A stretch of DNA of 64,000 nucleotides, taken from assembly GCA_030602705.1 (NCBI GenBank), contig JAUVZF010000008.1, positions 436 through 64,435 on the forward strand, read 5' to 3'. The stretch comes from Planctomycetota bacterium. GTDB lineage: Bacteria > Planctomycetota > Phycisphaerae > FEN-1346. Positions 19,586-27,826 of this stretch are shown in pieces. A program made the position numbers and the translations under genes. Within the stretch, counting starts at the first letter, position 1; each line of letters begins with the position of its first letter. The notes beneath the pieces are model-generated. The model saw only the letters and a list, made by a program, of their open reading frames with translations. It did no database searches and was not told the DNA's origin.

Positions 19586-20914
19586 ATGACACGACGCATC
19601 GTGATAACCGGAATGGGGTCCGTGAACCCGCTCGGCCCGACGGTGGAGGAGTCGTGGCAGAACCTGCTGGCCGGCAAGAGCGGCATCCGGCCGATCTTTA
19701 TCTTCGAGGCTTCAACGTTCCCGACGACCTTCGCGGCCCAGGTTCCCGATTTCGACCTGTCGCCGTACGTCCGCGACGCTGCGGCATTTGAGCAGGCCGG
19801 GCGGAACGTGCGGTTCGCCATGGCCGCCGCACGAATGGCGATTGAAGACGCCGGTTTTGCCGCCCATACGGGTCCATACGGAGGCGTACTGCCCCGTATG
19901 GCCGGCGGCTTTGACCCCGCGCGATTCGGCATCTATCTGGGCAGCGGCGAGGGCATCGTTGACTTCATCACCCTCGTCACCGCCATCGCCAACGGCACAC
20001 GCGCGGACAACACCGTCAGCACCGTCGGCTTTGCCGAAACGGCCCTCCGGCAATGCAACGCGATGCGCGAACTCGAGCAGGAACCCAACATGCCGGCCAA
20101 CCACCTGGCCTGCGAATACGGGCTCGAGGGGCCCGCCTATTCCTGCCTGACCGCCTGCGCCGCCAGCACGCAGGCCATCGGAGAGGCTGCGGATCTGATC
20201 CGCCTCGGCCGGGCCGACCTGATGTTGGCCGGCGGCACGCATTCGATGATTCATCCGCTCGGCGTCACGGGATTCAACCTGCTGACGGCCATCTCGACCG
20301 AACCGAAGGCCGAGCCGTGGCGGGCCAGCCGCCCCTTCGACCGCGGCCGCGCCGGGTTCGTCCTGGGCGAGGGCTCAACGATGCTCGTCCTGGAAGAACT
20401 CGAGCACGCTCGCGCACGCGGCGCGAAGATCTGGGGCGAGATCGCCGGCTACGGCTCCAGCGCCGACGCGTACCGCATGACCGACATCCATCCGGAAGGC
20501 CGCGGGCCGGCCGCCTCGATGCAGATGGCGCTCGAGAAGGCCGGCCTCCGGCCCGAAGAGATCGACTACATCAGCGCACACGGAACCGGCACCACCGAGA
20601 ACGACAAGGTCGAGACGCTCGCCGTCAAACTCGTCTTTGGCGAGTACGCCTGCAAGGTCCCCATCTCGAGCGTCAAGAGCCAACTGGGCCATCTGATAGC
20701 CGCTGCCGGCGCCACCGAACTGATGACCTGCATCCTGGCGATCCGCGACCAGATCGTGCCGGCCACGATGAACCTCGACGACCCCGACCCCCTGTGCGAC
20801 CTCGACTATGTACCGAACACACCGCGCAAGACACCGGTCGAGGTCTGCATGTCAAACTCGTTCGGATTCGGCGGTCAGAACGATTCTCTGGTAGTTCGCC
20901 GATTCGTCCCGTAG
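19586..20914 (+). CDS. fabF: Beta-ketoacyl-ACP synthase II
   Basis: TACAAS, AHGTGT, KSQLGHL, SNSFGFGG; Cys-His-His triad intact. Confidence 0.9.
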   Translation: MTRRIVITGMGSVNPLGPTVEESWQNLLAGKSGIRPIFIFEASTFPTTFAAQVPDFDLSPYVRDAAAFEQAGRNVRFAMAAARMAIEDAGFAAHTGPYGGVLPRMAGGFDPARFGIYLGSGEGIVDFITLVTAIANGTRADNTVSTVGFAETALRQCNAMRELEQEPNMPANHLACEYGLEGPAYSCLTACAASTQAIGEAADLIRLGRADLMLAGGTHSMIHPLGVTGFNLLTAISTEPKAEPWRASRPFDRGRAGFVLGEGSTMLVLEELEHARARGAKIWGEIAGYGSSADAYRMTDIHPEGRGPAASMQMALEKAGLRPEEIDYISAHGTGTTENDKVETLAVKLVFGEYACKVPISSVKSQLGHLIAAAGATELMTCILAIRDQIVPATMNLDDPDPLCDLDYVPNTPRKTPVEVCMSNSFGFGGQNDSLVVRRFVP

Positions 20915-20967
20915 AATGACTGCTCCACGGAAGATGGCGTCTTTGGCGCGGAGGGACGTGTTTAGCG

Positions 20968-21073
20968 TGTCATTCCGAGCGAGCGAAGCGAGTCGAGGAA
21001 TCTCGCCGTTATCCGTGTCCGGACGACGAGATTTCTCCGCTCGGTCGCCAAGGCGCCCTCGGTCGAAATGACA
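20968..21073. repeat. Palindromic repeat family E (TGTCATTCCGAGC...CGAAATGACA)
   Basis: Terminal inverted repeat; relative inside GT9 at 4969-5080. Confidence 0.82.
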
Positions 21074-21152
21074 GGCCCGCCCAGCCCTGGGCACAACGGC
21101 CCTGCCTGAAATCGTTGCCACAACCGCTTCCCGGTTTTGCGACCATTAGGAC

Positions 21153-21180
21153 TTGCCGGGGACTCGCAGATTGGTATAAT
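21153..21180 (+). promoter_or_regulatory. Sigma70-type promoter with extended -10
   Basis: TTGCCG-N16-TATAAT, preceded by TG. Confidence 0.5.
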
Positions 21181-21442
21181 GCCGCGCATGTCTGTGTTAT
21201 GCGGCACGGATTAGTACTACAAGGCAAGTTGTCTGTTTGTGCCCTCCTGGCGGCCTTCCCGGGCCGCCAGGAGGGTATGGCAGCAGAGTTTGACGGCGGC
21301 CTCGGAAGGCCGCCGCGCGGGAAGTTGGATAGTAGGATTACTCAAGTTTGTCCAATCGGGTGTTTTTTGCTTGTATTGATGGCGCTTACGATTTATTATC
21401 GTCGTCTCTCTCGGGGGGCAAGAAAAGGAAAGGGCAGGACCT

Positions 21443-21748
21443 ATGGCTAAGAAGATTAGTGCAGCAGCGAAAGCAGAGTTGTCGGAGTGGGCGCGCGGTT
21501 TTGCATTGCTCTCAGACCCCACCAGGCTGGGCGTTCTGAAGTTGCTGGCCGCCGGGCCGAGGAACGTGACCGCACTGTGCACCGCGCTGGGGCTGAAGCA
21601 GCCGACCATCAGCCACCACCTCGGACTGTTGCGGATGGGGCGTCTGGTCATTGGGACGCGCCAGGGCAAGTCGGTGGTCTACACGACCAACAAGAAGAAC
21701 CTGAAAGAACTGACCTCCGCGATTGCCAAACTCACGCCCTCCAAGTAG
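21443..21748 (+). CDS. ArsR/SmtB family regulator
   Basis: LSDPTRLGVL, KQPTISHHLGLLR, RQGKSVVY; TTGTAT-N17-TATTAT at 21371-21399. Confidence 0.9.
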   Translation: MAKKISAAAKAELSEWARGFALLSDPTRLGVLKLLAAGPRNVTALCTALGLKQPTISHHLGLLRMGRLVIGTRQGKSVVYTTNKKNLKELTSAIAKLTPSK

Positions 21749-22030
21749 GGCGTTGTAGGCGAGAAGATGTGCCTCGACGCGGCAGCGTTTGGTCGGGAAG
21801 GCGGGCGAGATATGCGCCGCCAGTGGGGGTGCAGGTTCTGGCTGCGCGCCGGGTGCCATGCCCGGTCGGCGGAACCGTCCGCGCCGAAGCGTTTGGATCA
21901 CGGCGGGCCTAGGGGCGGGCGCAGCGCGTCAAGCGACACCGTAACATGAGGGGACGGGGAAACCCGTCCTCTCGTCTTTCGTTACGGTTCGAAACGGGTG
22001 GAGGGCGACCGGCATGGGAGGAGGTGGCAG

Positions 22031-22222
22031 ATGAAAGTTCGCGTCGATGCCGATCTGTGCACGGGTTGCGGCCTCTGTGCGGACATCTGTCCGGAGGTGT
22101 TGGAGATTCAGGACGACATCTCAGTCGTCCTGGTGGACGAGGTGCCGGAGGAACAGGCGGATGCGGTCCGCGAGGCCGCCGAGGTTTGTCCCGTGGAAGC
22201 CATCATCGTTGAGGACGATTGA
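22031..22222 (+). CDS. Single-cluster ferredoxin
   Basis: CTGCGLCADICP...CPVEAI; GGAGG RBS. Confidence 0.92.
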   Translation: MKVRVDADLCTGCGLCADICPEVLEIQDDISVVLVDEVPEEQADAVREAAEVCPVEAIIVEDD

Positions 22223-22297
22223 GACCGCCGGCGGCCCGGAAGGATGGGCTTGGCGCACGGACCATTGCCCGAAACATCCGCGTGGAGGGCGCAGCCC

Positions 22298-23830
22298 ATG
22301 TTCCATCTTCGTGAGCATCGCACGACCGTCGGGTCGGAGGTGCGCGGCGGTCTCGTGACGTTCCTGACGCTTTCGTATATTATCTTCGTTCAGCCGGCGG
22401 TTCTCGCGGCGACGGGCATGCCGCCGGCCGACGTCTTCTTTGCCACTTGCGTGTGCTCGGCGCTGGCGTGTTTCCTGATGGGGCTGCTGGCGAACTACCC
22501 GTTTGCGCTGGCGCCGGCGATGGGCCACAACTTTTTCTTTGCCTATACCGTGTGCCTGGGGATGGGGTTCGCGTGGCAGGAGGCGTTGCTGGCCAACCTG
22601 ATCGCCGGGGGGGTGTTTCTGGCCCTGAGTTTCCTCGGCCTGCGTGAGGCGGTGATGCACGCGGTGCCGGAGGGGCTGAAGTATGCGATTGCCGTGGGCA
22701 TCGGTCTGCTGATCGCGTTTTCGGGCCTTCAGTGGGGCGGTCTCGTCCAGAACAGCGATGCGACGCTGGTGCAGTTGGGCCCGCTGACCAGCCCGGTGGT
22801 ACTGGTGTCGCTGGCGGGGGTGGCGTTGACGGCGGTACTGCTGGCGCTGCGGCTGCGGGCGGCGATTCTGGTCGGGATTGTGTGCACGGCGATTCTCGCC
22901 CTCGTCGTCACCGGTGATGGGCTTCGCTATCAGCCGGCGAACGGTCTGGAAGTTATCCCGGCCGCTCGCGTCGGCGAGCGGGCCGATGCGCTCGTCCTGG
23001 GCCGGGCCGACCCGGTTGAGCCGGTTCCGCTGGAGAAGGTGAAGATGACCCTTGCCAAGTGGCCGGGGACGTGGCACCTGCCGAAGTGGCCCGGCGAAAC
23101 CTTCGGCGCCGCCGTGACCAGCGGATGGGACCTCTTCCGCAACCGGGATTGGACCAGCATTCTGCTCGTGATCTTTATCTTCTTCTTTCTCGACATGTTT
23201 GACACCGTCGGAACGCTTATCGGCGTGGGTGAACGGGCGGGCTTTCTGGACGCACAGGGGCGCCTGCCGCGGGCCCGGTGGGCGCTGTTCTCCGACGCCG
23301 CCGGCACCGTCGCGGGGTCGCTCGTCGGGACGAGCACCGTGACGACGTACATCGAAAGCGCAGCGGGCGTCGAGTCCGGCGCCAGAACGGGCTTGGCGGC
23401 TATCGTGACGGGAATCTGCCTGCTGCTGGCCCTGTTCCTCTCGCCGCTCGTTCACGTGGTGGGAGCGGGGGTGGAGTTCGTCCGCGCCGAGACGGCCGAG
23501 CCGCTCGTCCAGGTGGCCGCCGGGACGGTTACGGTGGTTCCTCTGCGGCCGGTCATCGCGCCGGTGCTCGTCCTCATCGGCGTAATGATGGTGGGCAGCG
23601 TGGCCAAGATCAGGTGGAGTGACTACAGCGAGGCGATTCCGGCGTTCCTGGCGATTATCGTCATGCAGTTCAGTTTCTCGATTACCGACGGTATCGCGTG
23701 GGGATTCATATCGTACGCCCTTTTGAAGACCGTGACGGGGCGCGCTAGGGAACTGCACTGGCTGGTCGCGCTGTTTGCCGTGCTGTTTATCGGACAGTAC
23801 GTGGCCCGGGCGGTGCTCATCGGATCCTGA
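22298..23830 (+). CDS. NCS2 family purine permease (AzgA/PbuG-like)
   Basis: ALAPAMGHN, DMFDTVGTL, TTYIESAAGVESGARTGL, SITDGIAWGFISY. Confidence 0.92.
   Translation: MFHLREHRTTVGSEVRGGLVTFLTLSYIIFVQPAVLAATGMPPADVFFATCVCSALACFLMGLLANYPFALAPAMGHNFFFAYTVCLGMGFAWQEALLANLIAGGVFLALSFLGLREAVMHAVPEGLKYAIAVGIGLLIAFSGLQWGGLVQNSDATLVQLGPLTSPVVLVSLAGVALTAVLLALRLRAAILVGIVCTAILALVVTGDGLRYQPANGLEVIPAARVGERADALVLGRADPVEPVPLEKVKMTLAKWPGTWHLPKWPGETFGAAVTSGWDLFRNRDWTSILLVIFIFFFLDMFDTVGTLIGVGERAGFLDAQGRLPRARWALFSDAAGTVAGSLVGTSTVTTYIESAAGVESGARTGLAAIVTGICLLLALFLSPLVHVVGAGVEFVRAETAEPLVQVAAGTVTVVPLRPVIAPVLVLIGVMMVGSVAKIRWSDYSEAIPAFLAIIVMQFSFSITDGIAWGFISYALLKTVTGRARELHWLVALFAVLFIGQYVARAVLIGS
23751..23823 (+). repeat. 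73-bp direct repeat, copy 1 (3' end of the permease gene)
   Basis: Identical to 26072-26144. Confidence 0.93.
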
Positions 23831-24217
23831 TCCTACAACGCTGCGTGAACCTGTGCGCGGTGGGTCGGAGCCTGCCCTGAGCCTGTCGAACGGGGACTCA
23901 CCGCGCTGCTGTTAAAGCGCCGTTCTCGGCGCGGCGGGTCCGCCGGCCCACGGCGGCGCGCTCCGGACGCCCCGTCCGAATGCGCCCCTACAGTGGGCGC
24001 GGGAGGCGATTTTGCCTGGCCGAAAACTGAAATCGTTACACCGATAGACCCTGCAACTGTCTCTGGCTACCCAAGGCCGGTTCAAGGCCGGCGATTCGAT
24101 ATTAGAATGAATAAACCGCGCCCTCAGAAGGCAGGCGCGGCCTGCCGGGGCAACCCACAAAGGTCCGCGGCCGAAAAACCGTTTGACTTTCGCGATTCTT
24201 GTGGTATATTGCCACTG

Positions 24218-24531
24218 AGTAAGGGAACGAGCGCACCCGGTGTCAGATCGGGTTTCTCTTTCGCCATGGCTAACGCGTCGTGGAGGACCAGGACTACCTG
24301 GCGCGGGAAGTGCACCGCGCTGCGGGTCATCTTCCTGTCGCGTGAGAAGGGCGTGGCTTGGCGTTTGCCGCGGCGGAGTTCGGCTTCCAGCGCCTTGATG
24401 CGTTGCTTGGCGGCGTCGAGTTCGCTCTTCGCGATGGCGAGTTCGCTCTTCGCGGTGGTGAGGTCGCGTCGGAGCGTTCGGATCTCGCCGAGGAGTCTTC
24501 TGCAGTTGCGACATTCGGTGTGGCTACCCAT
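24218..24531 (-). pseudogene. Internally deleted IS66-like transposase relic
   Basis: CRNC, coiled coil, RRGKRQATPFSR joined directly to AVHFPRQV; GTAA-type end near 24218; recognised by resemblance only. Confidence 0.55.
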
Positions 24532-24606
24532 ATACAGGGTGTCGCTGCAAGCCCACGGCGCTCCAGACAAAATGGAAAAAAGACGGGGGGAAAACGGGAG
24601 GGGCCA

Positions 24607-26061
24607 ATGAGAAAGCAGTGTATTCACCCAGGGTTGGTCGCAATAATACTACTAGATGCGATTGTAATGTCCTTAATAACGCTTCTGCCGGCTGTTCAGC
24701 TCCGCGGCGAAGAACTTGAGGTTTGGGCAAGCTCATTACATGGTAGCGTGTATGAACTATGGGGCGGTCTCGGGCCCTGCCCGACAATGCAGAGGCCCTG
24801 GGGCCCAGTACCAGGATACTATAGGGCGCCCGAATACGGGTACGTTCAGCTGGACACGGCTACTGGGCACAAGGTTTTTGACATCACGGAATCCTATCCG
24901 TACTACGTCATCGGGACGCGGCGCGAGATGGCACTCGATGCTGTGCGTCTACCCAACGGGGAGTACCTAACGGGAGAGTCGCACGACCCATTAGCCGAGT
25001 GGGGCAATTCCCACCTCCCATTCGTTTTCGATGACGACGGACAGCTCGTGGGGAACCCGTTGGACTATGCCAGCGATACGTACCTGTGGGGTCCGCCAGA
25101 TGGGATGACGAACAACCTTGGGCATCCCCCCTGCATGGGGACGACAAATGAGATATTTGAGGGCTTCCTCACCTTCGAATGCCGCCCCAACCTGTATGGA
25201 TTGTTCGTCGGGTCGGACGACCCGTCCATCGGCATGAAGGGACAAACGGACGCCAAGAAGTCGTATCAGAAGTTTGCCGCGTTTGACATGTGGCAGGGTG
25301 GCGCGCGCCTTGATTTCATGTTCAACGCGTCGACGCCAACAGCAAAAAAAGACATTTTCAACAAATTAAAGACCGGAGAGCAGGACTTGCTTGCCGGTGA
25401 CGTCGTTGTGTTCTTTTATTCTGGCCACGGTGTAGGCTGCCTGGGGCCTGAGAAGATGGCTTATACGTCAAACAGCAACGAGTGGCTAACGGACGATTCG
25501 CTAGCGGCATGGTTTGAGGGAACGGCCGGCGTTGACGGGCAACGACTTGATCCCCAGATTTGGAATGCCGTCAATAAACTCTTTGTTTTTGACTGTTGCA
25601 GCGCCGATGGTTTCTGGGGACCGGGAGATGACGGCGATGACATCGCACGGTTGCCCAAAGCCGCCTTGCTGGCCGCCTGCTGCGAATGTTGTGGCACGGG
25701 TTTTGACGCAAACGGAGAGGGGTTCCTAGCGAAAGCGGTGCAGGCGGGCACCACCTTAGTCCCCTATGGGGATGGCAAGTTCGCCGCAGCTGATCTGGAC
25801 CATGACGGGCTTTCTTTCCCTGAGTTGGAAGCGTTCGTGCAACAGTACGGACAACAGTTTTATTCCCATCTCGAGGGGCTCGAAATGTACCTTAAGGATG
25901 CTGAAACCGCTCCATTCCATTGGGATTGCGTGGGCCAGGCATCTGGCGACTTTAACCTCGGAGTGATGGGCGAGCCGATGACCATGCCGGAGCCCGCCAC
26001 GCTCGCGCTGCTGGCCCTTGGTGGCCTGAGCCTGTTCGCGCGCCGGAAGAAAGGGGCCTGA
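24607..26061 (+). CDS. PEP-CTERM protein with a caspase-like (peptidase C14) domain
   Basis: DVVVFFYSGHG and FVFDCCS His/Cys dyad; C-terminal MPEPATLALLALGGLSLFARRKK; N-terminal hydrophobic segment; atypical low GC3. Confidence 0.82.
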   Translation: MRKQCIHPGLVAIILLDAIVMSLITLLPAVQLRGEELEVWASSLHGSVYELWGGLGPCPTMQRPWGPVPGYYRAPEYGYVQLDTATGHKVFDITESYPYYVIGTRREMALDAVRLPNGEYLTGESHDPLAEWGNSHLPFVFDDDGQLVGNPLDYASDTYLWGPPDGMTNNLGHPPCMGTTNEIFEGFLTFECRPNLYGLFVGSDDPSIGMKGQTDAKKSYQKFAAFDMWQGGARLDFMFNASTPTAKKDIFNKLKTGEQDLLAGDVVVFFYSGHGVGCLGPEKMAYTSNSNEWLTDDSLAAWFEGTAGVDGQRLDPQIWNAVNKLFVFDCCSADGFWGPGDDGDDIARLPKAALLAACCECCGTGFDANGEGFLAKAVQAGTTLVPYGDGKFAAADLDHDGLSFPELEAFVQQYGQQFYSHLEGLEMYLKDAETAPFHWDCVGQASGDFNLGVMGEPMTMPEPATLALLALGGLSLFARRKKGA

Positions 26062-26071
26062 CGCGCGAGGC

Positions 26072-26144
26072 AACTGCACTGGCTGGTCGCGCTGTTTGCC
26101 GTGCTGTTTATCGGACAGTACGTGGCCCGGGCGGTGCTCATCGG
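26072..26144 (+). repeat. 73-bp direct repeat, copy 2
   Basis: Identical to 23751-23823 and followed by its own in-frame TAG. Confidence 0.93.
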
Positions 26145-26238
26145 GCGGTAGGGCCGGGCGGCCGTTCCGCCGCAGGCGCGACGTGGTGCGCGCAGCGGCC
26201 AGACACGTCGCCGCACTCCAGGCGGCGAGCCCCACCGA

Positions 26239-26853
26239 TCATTTCAACCGGCCGGCGATCTCGTCGGCGAACTTGTCGACCTTTGCCTTGACCTCGTCGG
26301 CGCCGTCGCTTACCAGAACGATCGTGCTGGGCCCCGGCGTGCCGTTACAGGCCTTGACAATGCCCGCCACGGCCTCGACGGATTTCGCGCACTTCGGTTC
26401 GGACTTGCCCATGATGAGGGCGGCAAAAGGTTTCTTTGCGAGCCGCTCGCCCCCCGCGACGAAGATCTCGAAAAACCGCTCGTCGAACATCTTGTGCATC
26501 TTCCAACTGACATCGCCGAAATAGGACGGGCTGGCGAGCACGACCAGGCGCGCGCTGAGAATCTCGTCGCGGCTCTTGACCTCGCCGGCCGCTACGGCTC
26601 CGGCGCTGAGGCCTTTGCCGCGAAGGGCCGCGGCCGTCTGCTCGGCCAGGGTCTTACAGTTGACGGCCGCCGGGGTCGGGCACGAGACGGCATCCACGTT
26701 TGCCGGCGTGACCTTCTCGGTCACGGGGGTGCCGCCGGCGTGGATAATGAGGACGTCGGGCGGCTTCTCCTGAGCCGGCGCCAGGGGCGAACGCGTCGCA
26801 CAGCCGGCAATCAGTGCCGCCACAAGCAATCCGGGAATCATCGGTCGTTTCAT
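26239..26853 (-). CDS. Flavodoxin-like fold lipoprotein
   Basis: IAGC lipobox; VVLASPSYFGDVSWKMHKMFD. Confidence 0.7.
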   Translation of the reverse strand: MKRPMIPGLLVAALIAGCATRSPLAPAQEKPPDVLIIHAGGTPVTEKVTPANVDAVSCPTPAAVNCKTLAEQTAAALRGKGLSAGAVAAGEVKSRDEILSARLVVLASPSYFGDVSWKMHKMFDERFFEIFVAGGERLAKKPFAALIMGKSEPKCAKSVEAVAGIVKACNGTPGPSTIVLVSDGADEVKAKVDKFADEIAGRLK

Positions 26854-26889
26854 CGTTTTTGTCCTTTCGTGTTGGGTGGTCCGCAATTC

Positions 26890-27681
26890 TCAGAGCCCCA
26901 GGACGTCGGCCATGCTGTAGAGGCCCGGCCCGCGGTCGGCGACCCAGCGGAGGGCCCGCAGGGCGCCGCGGCCGAACGTCTCGCGGCTGTGGGCGACGTG
27001 CTTCAGTTCCAGCCGCTCGCCCAGCGCGGTGTAGTAGATGATGTGCTCGCCGACGATGTCGCCGCCGCGGATGGCGTGCAGTCCGATCTCGCCGGGCCGG
27101 CGCGGTTGATGGCCCGGCCCGCGACCGTGAACGGCCGCCTCGGCGAGGTTGCGGCCCGTGGCCTTGGCGATCTCCTCGGCGATCTTGATGGCGGTGCCCG
27201 AAGGGGCGTCTTTCTTGAACCGGTGGTGGGCCTCGACGATCTCGATGTCGTAATCATCGCCAAGCGCGCGGGCCAGTTCGGCCGCCGTGTGGAACAGAAT
27301 GTTGACGCCCACGCTCATGTTCGGGGCGAGGACGACGGCGGTCTCCTTGGCGGCCGCCTCGATACGCTCATGCTGCTCCTGCGAGAAGCCCGTCGTCCCG
27401 ACGACGCACGGCACGCAGGCCGCAGCGCACGTCTCGATGCGCTGGATCGATCCGTCGGGAAGCGAGAAGTCGACCAGCACGTCCGGTGCTTCCGAGAGGT
27501 CCTCGGTTACCTTCAGGTCCAGGTCCGCGGCGCCGCCGAGCACGCCGGCGCTCGTGCCAAGATACGGATGGCCGGGCGCCTCGAGGGCGGCCACGAGTTG
27601 AAGGTCCTCGGCTTCGGCGATGAGGCGGATGAGTGTGCGGCCCATGCGGCCGGCGGCGCCGGAGACGGCAACGTGAATCAT
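26890..27681 (-). CDS. dapB: 4-hydroxy-tetrahydrodipicolinate reductase
   Basis: GAAGRMG, GTTG, APNMSVG, EAHHRFKKDAPSGTA. Confidence 0.96.
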   Translation of the reverse strand: MIHVAVSGAAGRMGRTLIRLIAEAEDLQLVAALEAPGHPYLGTSAGVLGGAADLDLKVTEDLSEAPDVLVDFSLPDGSIQRIETCAAACVPCVVGTTGFSQEQHERIEAAAKETAVVLAPNMSVGVNILFHTAAELARALGDDYDIEIVEAHHRFKKDAPSGTAIKIAEEIAKATGRNLAEAAVHGRGPGHQPRRPGEIGLHAIRGGDIVGEHIIYYTALGERLELKHVAHSRETFGRGALRALRWVADRGPGLYSMADVLGL

Positions 27682-27826
27682 GGCTCACTCCTTGCGCGGC
27701 TGAGCGGTATCAGGTAAGTCTTGTCCACCTCCCGCGCGGCGGGTGTCCTCACCCACCGCGCAAAACTGGAGCCCGCCGGCATGATGTGTGCCGGCGGCCT
27801 GCCCGCGCGATGTGGCACGGGGCCGG

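Noticed and set aside
22222-22297. Purine riboswitch before the NCS2 permease
   Set aside because: The gap is short and lacks the purine aptamer consensus.
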